From contig JBFKDW010000004.1 of assembly GCA_041619515.1 (NCBI GenBank), positions 787 through 64,786 on the forward strand: DNA of 64,000 bases. The letters run 5' to 3'. Below the pieces are notes generated by a model. It saw nothing but the letters and a program-made list of their open reading frames with translations. It was not told the DNA's origin and made no database searches. Positions 1 to 11,763 of the stretch are shown piece after piece. The translations under genes were made by a program, and so were the position numbers. Source of the DNA: Acidimicrobiia bacterium. GTDB taxonomy: Bacteria > Actinomycetota > Acidimicrobiia > Spongiisociales > SHLN01. Positions within the stretch are counted from its first letter, which is position 1; every line of letters begins with the position of its first letter.

Positions 1-830
1 ATGGCGACCCGGCCGTGCGCGGCCAGCCGGGCGCGGATCGTCGCAAACAGGTCCGGCCACTGAAGCTCGTCGATGGATTCGATCATCTCGACCGACACAA
101 TCCGGTCATACGTGCCGGTCGTCTCGCGGAAATCCTCGACCCGGACGTCCACCAGATGGCTCAGGCCCTGCCTCGCCATGCGCTTGCGAGCGTAGGTCGC
201 CATCTCCCCGGAGAGGGTGACGGCGGTCACGGGACAGCCCAGCTCCCCGGCGGCGTACTCGGCGAATCCGCCCCAGCCGCATCCGATCTCCAGGACGCGC
301 TCGCCGGGACGGATATCGGCCAGCCTCGCCAGTGCTTGGTACTTGTCGTGCTGAGCGGCCGAAAGGGCTTGTGAGGGATGGGAGAAGCGGGCTGAGGAGT
401 AGCTCATCGTCTCGTCGAGCCAGGCTTCGTAGAAGTCGTTCCCGAGGTCGTAGTGGTCGGTGGTCGAGCCGACGTTGCGATGGCGGATATCGCCGGCCAG
501 ACGCTGCCAGAGGTGGCGGGCCCGGCCGAAGAATTGGTTGCCGAGACGTCCCGAGCGCCATGCCTCCTGGTTGCGGGCACCCCAGAGGAAGAACTCGGTC
601 AGGTCGGGAGTGTCGGCTTCCCCGAGCATGTAGGCCTCGGCAAAACCGAGGGCTCCGCCCCGCAGGATTCTCAGCCAGGCTCGCTGCGACCGCACCACCA
701 ACTCAGCCGCCGGACCGACGTGCGCTCCCCGCAACTCGCGTCGGGAGCCGTCCGGGCCGATGATGCTGAGGGTTCCCACCCGCACCAGGCGGGAAAGCCC
801 CCGCCGGGTGGCGAGGTCGGTCGTGGTCAT
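1..830 (-). CDS. cfa: Cyclopropane-fatty-acyl-phospholipid synthase family methyltransferase (3' end runs off the window)
   Basis: Not in the ORF track. Manual minus-strand translation gives DHYDLGNDFYEAWLDETMSYSSARF, a hallmark of the family. ATG at 830 overlaps the stop of the upstream DUF1365 gene (ATGA). Confidence 0.88.
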   Translation of the reverse strand, partial: MTTTDLATRRGLSRLVRVGTLSIIGPDGSRRELRGAHVGPAAELVVRSQRAWLRILRGGALGFAEAYMLGEADTPDLTEFFLWGARNQEAWRSGRLGNQFFGRARHLWQRLAGDIRHRNVGSTTDHYDLGNDFYEAWLDETMSYSSARFSHPSQALSAAQHDKYQALARLADIRPGERVLEIGCGWGGFAEYAAGELGCPVTAVTLSGEMATYARKRMARQGLSHLVDVRVEDFRETTGTYDRIVSVEMIESIDELQWPDLFATIRARLAAHGRVA

Positions 831-1609
831 CGTGCGTCGGCCGGAGATGGGGTGACGACGGTAACGGGATGAGGCGGTGGCGCCGGACGCCGGCGATACG
901 GGGCGCCCTTGCGCCAGAGTCGGAACCCCTGCCAATGGATGGCAGCGATGACTTTGAGCGTGAGCAGCGGGTGAGTGACGAACAATCGCATGAGGTTTCG
1001 GTCGGAAAGCTGCAGTCTCGACGCTCGGATCGAAGCTCGCAACAAGTCTCCGTCGTCGTCGGACTGGGTGATGCCGACCGAAAGACGCTCACCGGGAACG
1101 CTCATGGCGAAGGCGTAGGTGGCCTCCATGTCCATGAACGGCGACACGAAGAACTCTTTGGCGAATCGGTGGCTCAGATCCTCATCGACACGAATGAGAT
1201 AGGTGTGCTGCTCGCCGAAGGTGTTTTTCACCTCGTGGAGGACGGCTCTCAGCGACCCATCGGCGTGGTAGCAGTACCAGATGGTGAGGGGATCGAAGGT
1301 GTAGCCGAGCACCCGGGGAAAGCTGAGGAGCCGCACCGGCCCCCCCGCCAGGTCCACCCCGGCCGCGTCCAGCTGTTCATCCACCCACGCCCGCAGCCCG
1401 GTCCCATCCCGGGCGCCGTGGTCCCGATCGGCGAGTCCGAACAGGTTGAATCGGTTGTGGCCGAACAGGCGCAGGGACCGGCTCACCTCGGGGAGCTCGT
1501 CGAGATCGAGCAGCAGCGTGTACACGCGATACTCGAATCCATGGCGAAAGGGCCGCAGCCTGGTGTGGCCGACCTTTCCGACGTAGAGGGCGGATTGCCA
1601 GTCGGTCAT
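827..1609 (-). CDS. DUF1365 family protein
   Basis: Motifs ALYVGKVGHTR, HGFEYRV, PRVLGYTFDPLTIWYC, EVKNTFGEQHTY, KEFFVSPF; usual position between the FAD oxidoreductase and cfa. Confidence 0.9.
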   Translation of the reverse strand: MTDWQSALYVGKVGHTRLRPFRHGFEYRVYTLLLDLDELPEVSRSLRLFGHNRFNLFGLADRDHGARDGTGLRAWVDEQLDAAGVDLAGGPVRLLSFPRVLGYTFDPLTIWYCYHADGSLRAVLHEVKNTFGEQHTYLIRVDEDLSHRFAKEFFVSPFMDMEATYAFAMSVPGERLSVGITQSDDDGDLLRASIRASRLQLSDRNLMRLFVTHPLLTLKVIAAIHWQGFRLWRKGAPYRRRPAPPPHPVTVVTPSPADAR

Positions 1610-2910
1610 GCCGGCAACGGTACCGATGGGGCTGCACTACTGACCGGCTCGACCTGGCGGTGCCAAGGGGCGTGGCAGCCGAGAGCGGCTGCCACGTTGA
1701 GGCCGGATTGCAGCCCGTCCTCGTGGAACCCGTATCCGAGGTACGCCCCCGCGAACCACGTGCGATTGGATCCCTGCAGCCGGCCGATCTGCTCTTGCGC
1801 GTCGCGGGCAGCCTGATCGAACTGGGGGTGGGCGTACTCGAACTCGTCGATGACGAGGCCCGGATCCGGCTCCACGATCGGGTTGAGGGTGAGGAGGATC
1901 GGCTGGTTGCGCGGGAGGGACTGGAGTTTGTTCAGCCAATAGGTCACCGAGGCCTGGCGATGGTGGCGGTCGTTCGAAGTGGTCCGGTAATTCCAGCTCG
2001 ACCACACCCGCCGTCTGCGCGGCATGAGCGAGCGGTCGCGGTGAAGGACCGCCCGGTTTTGCTCGTAGCGGAGGGCGCCGAGAACCTTGCGTTCCATCGG
2101 GGTGGCGGTGGTGCCGAGCACTGCCAGCGTCTGGTCGCTGTGCGAGGCGAACACCACCTGATCGAATTCCTCGGCGGTGCCGTCGATGAGCCGGAGGCGA
2201 ACACCGTCGTGATAGCGATGAATTCCGGTCACCGGCTCGTTCAGCCGGATGTGATGGCGGAATGGCCTGCTCATGGCCTCGACGTACCGGCGGCTGCCGC
2301 CGGTGACCGTGCGCCACTGCGGGCGGCCGCTGATGGAGATGAGGCCGTGGTTGGCGAAGAACTGGAGGAAGGTGCGGGCCGGGAACCGGCGCGCATCCTG
2401 CATGCGGGCCGACCAGATGGCTGCTGCCATCGGCAGCAGGTAATCGTTCTGGAAAGCCGGGGAGAACCGGTAGCGGTCGAGGAGATCGCCGAGCGGTCCG
2501 TCGTCGGCATTCGCCAGCATCTCCTCGCCGAGGGTGCGAAACCGGAGGATGTCGGAAGCCATCTGCCAGTGGCGGCGTCTGAACAGGTTCCGGCCCTGAG
2601 CGAAGAACCCGGCCGCGCTGCCGGCGTACTCCAGGTGATCGTCGAGCGTGAACGAGAAGGACATGTCGCTCGGCTGTGTCTCCACGCCGAGATAGGAGAA
2701 CAGGCGGGTGAGGTGCGGATAGGTGTGCTCGTTGTACACGAGAAAGCCGGTGTCGACCGGCATGGTTTGGCCCGCGGCTGGAACGTCGACCGTGTGGGCG
2801 TGCCCACCCAGCCAGTCGCTCGCCTCGAACAGCGTGATGTCGTGAGCGCGGTTCAAGGCCCAGGCCGCGCCGAGGCCGGCGATTCCACCGCCGACGATGG
2901 CAATTCTCAT
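1606..2910 (-). CDS. FAD-dependent oxidoreductase (amine oxidase/desaturase-like), cfa-associated
   Basis: N-terminal IAIVGGGIAGL Rossmann motif, VDTGFLVYN, GYGFHEDG; RBS GAGGAG. Confidence 0.9.
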   Translation of the reverse strand: MRIAIVGGGIAGLGAAWALNRAHDITLFEASDWLGGHAHTVDVPAAGQTMPVDTGFLVYNEHTYPHLTRLFSYLGVETQPSDMSFSFTLDDHLEYAGSAAGFFAQGRNLFRRRHWQMASDILRFRTLGEEMLANADDGPLGDLLDRYRFSPAFQNDYLLPMAAAIWSARMQDARRFPARTFLQFFANHGLISISGRPQWRTVTGGSRRYVEAMSRPFRHHIRLNEPVTGIHRYHDGVRLRLIDGTAEEFDQVVFASHSDQTLAVLGTTATPMERKVLGALRYEQNRAVLHRDRSLMPRRRRVWSSWNYRTTSNDRHHRQASVTYWLNKLQSLPRNQPILLTLNPIVEPDPGLVIDEFEYAHPQFDQAARDAQEQIGRLQGSNRTWFAGAYLGYGFHEDGLQSGLNVAAALGCHAPWHRQVEPVSSAAPSVPLPA

Positions 2911-3005
2911 CCGTGTCCTCCTCGGCGACTATACGGTGCCGGGAGTCGCCCGGATGAGGGCGAGACGGGCCGGGAGCCGCTCGGGCTCCCGGCCCGGCCT
3001 CCTAC

Positions 3006-5726
<2,721 letters not shown>

Positions 5727-5833
5727 GTCGTTCCCCATTGTCGTTGGACGCTTACGGGCATTGTGGTCAGTTCCGTTCCGGCTCCCTAGGGCCGTGGGTC
5801 ACACCGATTCTGCCGGTTGCCGGTAGCGGCGGA

Positions 5834-6463
5834 TCAGCCTACGCCAGGGCTGAGGGCCGCCGCTTCCTCCCAGTGCTCCCATCCCTCGCGAAACGCGATG
5901 ACGGCGATGAGGAATGCGGCGGCAGGATCCGCCCACCACCACTCCAGCGCGGCATTCAGTACTAGGGAAAGCAGCACCGAGAGCGCCAGGAAGGCGTCCA
6001 GGTAGGTGACGGTGGCCTCAGCGCGGAGGGGGTCGCTTTGCAGGGCTGCTCCCGTCTGCTGTTTGAGGACGGCGAGCGCGAGCATCACGACGGCGGTGGC
6101 GCCGAGGTAGATGACGCCGAACGGTGACTCGTCGGGCACGGTGCCGCTGAAGACCCGCAGGGCGGCCCCGGCCACGAGGACGATGCCGAGAACGACGAAG
6201 GCCACCGAGATGAGACGCAGCGATCGTGCGGTTCGCCCGGTCTCCTCCATCACCAGCAGATCGCGGCTGTGCCAGACCACGACGAGTGAGGCGAATACCT
6301 CCACCATCGAGTCGGTCCCGAAAGCCACCAGCGCGATCGAGCCGGCTGCCACTCCGAGCCCGATCGTGATGAACACCTCGAAGATGTTCCACACGATGGT
6401 CACCCAAACCAGCCGAACCCCGCGCTTTCGGAGCGCTTCGGAGTCGGCGCGGGCCGGCGTCAA
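5834..6463 (-). CDS. Cation diffusion facilitator-like membrane protein (TM domain only)
   Basis: About six hydrophobic segments, GSIALVAFGTDS, WWWADPAAA. Confidence 0.75.
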   Translation of the reverse strand: MTPARADSEALRKRGVRLVWVTIVWNIFEVFITIGLGVAAGSIALVAFGTDSMVEVFASLVVVWHSRDLLVMEETGRTARSLRLISVAFVVLGIVLVAGAALRVFSGTVPDESPFGVIYLGATAVVMLALAVLKQQTGAALQSDPLRAEATVTYLDAFLALSVLLSLVLNAALEWWWADPAAAFLIAVIAFREGWEHWEEAAALSPGVG

Positions 6464-6750
6464 GCGCCCGCGTCGGAGGAGTCCGGCTGGTCCGGGCTCT
6501 CGTCGAGCTCCGAGACCGCTTCCGGCTCTGCGGATGCTCCGCGCACGCGGTCGGCCAGCTCTTCGAAGCGCGCGTCATCGGCCTGCTGCTCCTCGAGGAT
6601 CATGTCGATGCGCTCCTCTGGGGTGGCGGCCAGTTCTCGTTCTTTGCGCGCCAGCTCGGCGTCCAGCGACTTGCCGACGGTGCGCAGGCCCTCGCCCACG
6701 TCTGCGGCCTCGGAACGGAAGATCGCCGTGAAGCGTTTCCACCACGTCAT
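6460..6750 (-). CDS. Small acidic/coiled-coil hypothetical protein
   Basis: Clean ORF overlapping the next gene by 4 nt; TAACGT -10-like hexamer 6 nt before the ATG. Confidence 0.7.
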   Translation of the reverse strand: MTWWKRFTAIFRSEAADVGEGLRTVGKSLDAELARKERELAATPEERIDMILEEQQADDARFEELADRVRGASAEPEAVSELDESPDQPDSSDAGA

Positions 6751-6954
6751 GCCGTCACGTTACCTGCTGCCGGCCGCGCTGCGGTCAGGATCGGCATCCG
6801 GCTATCCTGGGTAGTCGGAGATCCGCTCCGTCCGTGTTTCCCGTTCCCCTCCCGGCGTAGCGCTGCGAGGTGGCGGGTCGGCGGGGTGGAGTTCCGTGTT
6901 GACGAAAAAGGAGCCTGTCCGCGGCGTCGCCCCGGACAGGCACAGGTGAATCAA

Positions 6955-7179
6955 TTGGCAAATTCAGACGACGTATTCAGAGCACAGGGCGAAGTTCTCG
7001 CCACTCTTCGCAACGCGAGCTTTCGCGTCCGGCTCGATTCCGGTCACGAGGTGATGGCAAGAGCCGCCGGGAAGATGCGGCGGGGACGCCTCATCAAGAT
7101 CCTGCCCGGGGATCGGGTTGAGCTCGAGGTGTCCACCTACGACCCGACCAAGGGTCGAATCGTGTGGCGCTACCGGTAG
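6955..7179 (+). CDS. infA: Translation initiation factor IF-1
   Basis: GEVLATLRNASFRVRLDSGHEVMARAAGKMR...IKILPGDRVELEVSTYDPTKGRIVWRYR. TTG start with AGGTG upstream; GTG at 6946 is an alternative. Confidence 0.92.
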   Translation: MANSDDVFRAQGEVLATLRNASFRVRLDSGHEVMARAAGKMRRGRLIKILPGDRVELEVSTYDPTKGRIVWRYR

Positions 7180-7203
7180 GGTTCCCGGCATCCAGCGCCG
7201 GAC

Positions 7204-7629
7204 ATGGCTGAGGATTCCGGCTTCGGCCGGCTCGACCGTGTGCCCGGAAATGACCCCAATCGCCGGGCGCTGCAATCGATCGACGCGGTCCATTCGGCCG
7301 AGCCCGGCCTGCTCAACGAACCGGTCGCACGCCTGCGGCGGTTCGTCCGTATCCGACGGGTCCTCTACTACTCGATTCTGGCTCCGTTCGGAGCCGTCAG
7401 CCGCATCTCGGCCGCCCTTGTCCTCGCCAGTGGCGCCGCCGCCGTCATCGGGAGCCTCGTGGCCATCTTTGCGGACGCCCACCCGGCCGTGACCGGGCTG
7501 CTCATGTTCTGGGGACTTGGGGCGCTGTCCTATCACGCCCTGTCCGTCCGCTTGGCGGCATTGATGGCAGATGCAGCCGCGTCGGTCGGGGTGAGCCCTG
7601 CGGAGGTGCTGGAACGCTGGAAGCGGTGA
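7204..7629 (+). CDS. Hypothetical membrane protein (about 2 TM)
   Basis: ORF fills the gap between infA and the convergent antiporter; two hydrophobic stretches. Confidence 0.55.
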   Translation: MAEDSGFGRLDRVPGNDPNRRALQSIDAVHSAEPGLLNEPVARLRRFVRIRRVLYYSILAPFGAVSRISAALVLASGAAAVIGSLVAIFADAHPAVTGLLMFWGLGALSYHALSVRLAALMADAAASVGVSPAEVLERWKR

Positions 7630-7631
7630 GG

Positions 7632-8888
7632 TCAGCGGCGGGTCGGCATTTCGTCGACGGCGATCGCCTCCCGCATGTGCTCCCGGCCGTGGGCTTCGAA
7701 CCAGTTTGCATAGCGCTGTGAAAACCACAGTGATGTGGCGCCGTGCAGCATCACGCTGGCGAGCACGGTCCAGATGACCACCCCGAAGACATCGGCACCC
7801 ATCGGCAACTCGGCTTCCTCCAGGATGAACAAACCGAACAGGATGGAGGCGAGGCCGCGGGGACCGAACCATCCGAAGTAGGCGACGGTCGGGACCTTGA
7901 GGCCGGCGCCGAGCAGGCTCACGGCCACCGGGATCATTCGAACCACGGTCAGGCTCACGAGGGCGTAGGCGGCAATCCGCCAGGACAGATCGGTGAGCGC
8001 CGGTCCGGCCAGCGCTGCTCCGAAGAAGAGAAACGTCAGCAGCGCCAGCAACTGTCCCTCGTCCTCGGTGAAGTCGTACACGCCGCCGCAGTAGTCCCGT
8101 GCCGCTGCTCCGAAGGCCAATCCGGCCACGAAGGCAGCCACAAATCCGTTCCCACCCACGGCCTCGGCCAGCGCAAAGGTACCGACCCCTACTGCCAGGG
8201 TGGCGAGCTGGCGGAACGCGCCATCCATCCAGCCGCGTCCCGCGAAGGAGCGAATGAGGCGCCCGCCCAGGTACCCGCCCGCCATGCCTACCAGGACGCC
8301 GTATCCGACCTGCTCGGCCGTGAACCCGGTCCAGTAGCCCGGTGTCTCGACGTCGAGGTCCACGGCCGCCAATGCCAGCAGGAGCGTTATGACCGGCAGC
8401 ATGATCCCGTCGTTCAGTCCGCTCTCGACGTTGAGCGCCTGACGCACGCGGATCGGGACTCGCGTGTTGGTTACGACGGCGCTACCCAGGGCGGCGTCGG
8501 TCGGGGACAGGATGGCCGCGAGCAGAGCCGCCTCCCAAATCCCCAGGTCGGGGATGAGCAGGAGGGCGGCGCCGGTTCCGGCGACAACCGTGAGCGGGAG
8601 GCCGATCCCGAGCAGCCGGGCGGGGAGCTGAACCTGGTCGCGCAGCCTGCGCAGGTCGATCCGGATGGCATCCGTGAAGAGGAGCAGCACCAGGGTGATT
8701 TCCGCGAGCGTCCGCACACCGGCCTCGTTGATGCCGAGATCGATGATGTCGAGCCCGCCGGAACCGACCAGCATCCCGAAGCCGACGAACACCATCGGGC
8801 CCGTGACCGGCGTGGTCTCGAGGCGGCGGGATACGAGAGCGTAGGCCAGCACGAAACCGGCGATGATGGCGACGGCCCGAAACTCCAT
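7632..8888 (-). CDS. CPA1/NhaP-type cation:proton antiporter
   Basis: LSPTDAALG, LNVESGLNDG, WFGPRGLASI motifs; many TM helices. Confidence 0.92.
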   Translation of the reverse strand: MEFRAVAIIAGFVLAYALVSRRLETTPVTGPMVFVGFGMLVGSGGLDIIDLGINEAGVRTLAEITLVLLLFTDAIRIDLRRLRDQVQLPARLLGIGLPLTVVAGTGAALLLIPDLGIWEAALLAAILSPTDAALGSAVVTNTRVPIRVRQALNVESGLNDGIMLPVITLLLALAAVDLDVETPGYWTGFTAEQVGYGVLVGMAGGYLGGRLIRSFAGRGWMDGAFRQLATLAVGVGTFALAEAVGGNGFVAAFVAGLAFGAAARDYCGGVYDFTEDEGQLLALLTFLFFGAALAGPALTDLSWRIAAYALVSLTVVRMIPVAVSLLGAGLKVPTVAYFGWFGPRGLASILFGLFILEEAELPMGADVFGVVIWTVLASVMLHGATSLWFSQRYANWFEAHGREHMREAIAVDEMPTRR

Positions 8889-9090
8889 GGGATCCCTACT
8901 CGGGGCCTCGGTGCCGGGCCGGGGCACGCAGCCGGCCGGTGATGGCCGGCTCGGAGAGCTCGAACGTCAACCTGCTTCCATGGTGCCCGGTTGGTTCCCG
9001 GCGTCCGCCCCGCTCCGCATGCAGCATGCACGCGACCCTAGGCGATGGCGGTGCATCATGACCGGCGCAGCCCTTGATAGCCTCGGCTGC

Positions 9091-10419
9091 ATGTATGAGG
9101 ACCTCGTGTCGGCGGTGGATGACCAGTTCCCGTCGACCCGGCGCGATCTCGAAGATCTCATCCGGATCCCATCGGTCAGCGCACCCGGGTTTGACCCCGC
9201 AGAAGTGCGGCGCTCGGCCCAAGCGACCTCCGAGCTGCTGGAGGCTTCCGGCCTGCAGCGGGTGCGGCTGCTCGAGCTCAAAGGTGCCCATCCGGCTGTG
9301 TACGGCGAGATCCCCGCTCCGCCGGGTGCCCCCACCGTTCTCCTGTACGCCCATCACGACGTCCAGCCACCGGGTGACGGCTGGTCGACGGACCCGTTCG
9401 AACCGTCCGAGCGGTCCGGCCGGGTGTATGGGCGGGGGGCGTCGGATGACAAATGTGGCGTCGTGGTGCACACGGCCGCTCTTCGGGCGCTCGACGGCGG
9501 GGTGCCGGTTGGGGTCAAGGTCTTCGTAGAAGGTGAAGAGGAAATCGGTTCACTTCATCTCGACGAGTTCCTGGCTGCTCACGGCGAGGGGCTGCGGGCC
9601 GACGTCATCGTGATCGCCGACTCCAGCAATTGGCGGAAAGGCGTCCCGTCGTTCACGACCTCCTTGCGCGGCCTCGTCGATTGCGAGGTCGAAGTGCGCA
9701 CCAAACGACATGCGGTTCACAGCGGGATGTACGGCGGCGTGTTCCCTGATGCCCTCACGGTCCTGGCGCGGCTGCTCGCCACCCTGCACGACGAGGACGG
9801 GCGGGTGGCGATCGCCCGCCTCGTGGCCGAAGACGCCGATCCGCTCGACCTCACCGAGGAAGAGCTCCGCGCCCAGGTTGCCGCTCACGACACGTTGGAG
9901 CTCATCGGCTCCGGAACCCTCACCTCCCGGTTGTGGCGCCAGCCCGCCCTCGCCGTTCTGGCGATCGATGCCCCCAGGGTCAGCGAAGCGGCCAATGCGC
10001 TCGTGCCGGTTGCGACTGCCAAGGTGAGCCTGCGGCTTGCGCCCGGCCAAGACCCCGACCACGCCATGAGGGCTTTGGCCGATCATCTGACGAAACGGGC
10101 TCCGTGGGGCGCCCAGGTCACGGTTACTCCTGGAAGCTCGGGACACGCCTTCACGCTCCGGACGGGCGGCCCCGGGTATGCGGCCTTTGCGACCGGGTTC
10201 CGGCGGGCCTGGGACCGGGAGCCGGTCGAGGTGGGTCAGGGCGGATCCATTCCCTTCGTGGCCGCCTTCTCGAATGCCTTTCCGGCCGCCGAGATCCTGT
10301 TGACGGGTGTCGCCGACGAAAACAGTCGGGCACATGGGCCCGACGAGAGCCTCGACCTGGGGGAGCTCCGGCGCGGTTGCCTCGCTGAGGCGATCGCCCT
10401 CGTCGAGCTGGGTCAGTGA
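9091..10419 (+). CDS. M20/M25/M40 family metallopeptidase (dipeptidase)
   Basis: LYAHHDVQP, GRGASDDK, EGEEEIGS, GGSIP, AHGPDES. Confidence 0.92.
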   Translation: MYEDLVSAVDDQFPSTRRDLEDLIRIPSVSAPGFDPAEVRRSAQATSELLEASGLQRVRLLELKGAHPAVYGEIPAPPGAPTVLLYAHHDVQPPGDGWSTDPFEPSERSGRVYGRGASDDKCGVVVHTAALRALDGGVPVGVKVFVEGEEEIGSLHLDEFLAAHGEGLRADVIVIADSSNWRKGVPSFTTSLRGLVDCEVEVRTKRHAVHSGMYGGVFPDALTVLARLLATLHDEDGRVAIARLVAEDADPLDLTEEELRAQVAAHDTLELIGSGTLTSRLWRQPALAVLAIDAPRVSEAANALVPVATAKVSLRLAPGQDPDHAMRALADHLTKRAPWGAQVTVTPGSSGHAFTLRTGGPGYAAFATGFRRAWDREPVEVGQGGSIPFVAAFSNAFPAAEILLTGVADENSRAHGPDESLDLGELRRGCLAEAIALVELGQ

Positions 10420-11471
10420 CGGGCGCCCCAGCCGGGTCAGCCAAGAGGGGACCAGCCGGTGATTGGAAGCGCTGGGCGGGCGGGGCGGTGTCTGTTGCGA
10501 TCGCGGTCGGCCTCCTCGCCGGGGTCCTGCCTGCGATGGCCAACATCGGCGAGGTCTGGCAGTCGATCCAAACGCTCACCTGGCTCGAATCCGCCGGCCT
10601 GCTGGCGCTGGCCGTCTGGAACATCGTGACCTACCAGCTCGTGATCATGTCGGCGCTCCCGGGGCTCACCCTCGGCCGGGCCTTCGTGGTTGGACAGATC
10701 TCAACCGCGGTCACGAACACGCTTCCCGCCGGCAGCGCCGTCGGGGTTGGCATCACCTATGCGATGTTCTCCAGTTTTGGCTTCGACGCCGGATCCATTG
10801 CCATCGCGTCGGTGGTCACCGGCCTGTGGAACACGTTCGTCAAGCTCGGCCTTCCCATCGTGGCTCTTGCCATACTGAGCTTCCAGGGGCAGGGCAACGC
10901 CGCGTTGCAGTCTGCGGCCATCTCCGGCCTGCTCATCCTGGTGGCGGCGGTGGGGGCGCTGGCGCTCACCCTCGCCCGGGAATCCTTTGCTTTCAAAACA
11001 GGGGAGCGGATCGGCAAGGTCGCCAGCGCGGTGGCTCGTCGCATCCGACGAGGCCCGTTCACAGGGTGGGGCGAGCGGCTGGTCGCCTTTCGGTTGCAGA
11101 GCATCGACCTGCTCAGGCGCCGCTGGCATTGGGTGACGCTGGCGACCATCGTGAGTCATCTATCGCTGTTCGCGTTGCTGCTCACCTCACTGCGGCACAT
11201 GGGGGTCTCTGCCGAATCGGTGACAGGTGCCGAGGCGCTTGCGGTGTTCGCCATCGTCCGGCTGCTGACCGCGTTGCCGATAACCCCGGGTGGGCTGGGA
11301 GTGGTGGAGGTGGGCTATACCACCGCCCTGGTGGTGGCAGGCGGAGATGAGGAGCTGGTACTGGCGGCAGTGCTCATCTACCGCGCTCTCAGCTATTTGC
11401 TCCAGGTCCCCCTGGGGATCCTCGCCTACGTCATCTGGCGAACTCGAAGCGATTGGCGAATCACCTACTGA
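10416..11471 (+). CDS. Lysylphosphatidylglycerol synthase TM / YbhN (UPF0104) flippase-like membrane protein
   Basis: Multi-TM; LPITPGGLGVVE and AAVLIYRALSY motifs; GTGA overlap with the peptidase gene. Confidence 0.85.
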   Translation: MTGAPAGSAKRGPAGDWKRWAGGAVSVAIAVGLLAGVLPAMANIGEVWQSIQTLTWLESAGLLALAVWNIVTYQLVIMSALPGLTLGRAFVVGQISTAVTNTLPAGSAVGVGITYAMFSSFGFDAGSIAIASVVTGLWNTFVKLGLPIVALAILSFQGQGNAALQSAAISGLLILVAAVGALALTLARESFAFKTGERIGKVASAVARRIRRGPFTGWGERLVAFRLQSIDLLRRRWHWVTLATIVSHLSLFALLLTSLRHMGVSAESVTGAEALAVFAIVRLLTALPITPGGLGVVEVGYTTALVVAGGDEELVLAAVLIYRALSYLLQVPLGILAYVIWRTRSDWRITY

Positions 11472-11545
11472 AAAAATGGCGGCTCCTCGCTCCATCGAGG
11501 GGACACCGGTACATGTCCTCGAAGGAGCGAGGGTACCCCGCCGCC
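11471..11545 (-). terminator. Long imperfect hairpin with U-tract; likely intrinsic terminator of the peptide gene, possibly bidirectional
   Basis: GGCGGC(11478-83)/GCCGCC(11540-45), CCTCGCTCC(11485-93)/GGAGCGAGG(11524-32), GGACA/TGTCC. A6 at 11471-76 reads U6 on the minus strand; TTTCT follows on the plus strand. Confidence 0.75.
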
Positions 11546-11577
11546 TTTCTGCCCCGCTGAACGGGGAGATCTGCTGG

Positions 11578-11670
11578 TTAACTCCCCCAGTTCCCGTTGG
11601 CGAGAGCTGGCGCCGAAACGGCCAGGAACGTCAGCAAGCTGACGGAAAAAACGTAGATGCGCCTGCGCAT
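11578..11670 (-). CDS. 30-aa secreted pro-peptide MRRRIYVFSVSLLTFLAVSAPALANGNWGS (candidate signalling peptide precursor)
   Basis: Manual translation (below the ORF-track cutoff). AGGAGG RBS shortly before the ATG, basic N-region, hydrophobic H-region, A-L-A cleavage motif, TAA stop and a downstream terminator. Confidence 0.8.
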   Translation of the reverse strand: MRRRIYVFSVSLLTFLAVSAPALANGNWGS

Positions 11671-11763
11671 GGGGCTGCCTCCTGTATCGGGTACCGCACA
11701 GGTATCCCACAAGGGTGTCTGCGGTCTATCTCAGATCGCAGCCGGCAGGGGCCTACCTTGCGC

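Noticed and set aside
8889-9090. Possible Na+/Li+ or fluoride riboswitch upstream of the antiporter
   Set aside because: Only a generic GC hairpin (GCCGGCC-N6-GGCCGGC) is visible and I could not match a riboswitch consensus by eye. An Rfam scan would settle it.
11465-11710. 81-aa minus-strand track ORF over the peptide locus
   Set aside because: Different frame from the 30-aa ORF, no clear RBS, and it runs through the terminator hairpin. The 30-aa ORF has the SD and signal-peptide features.
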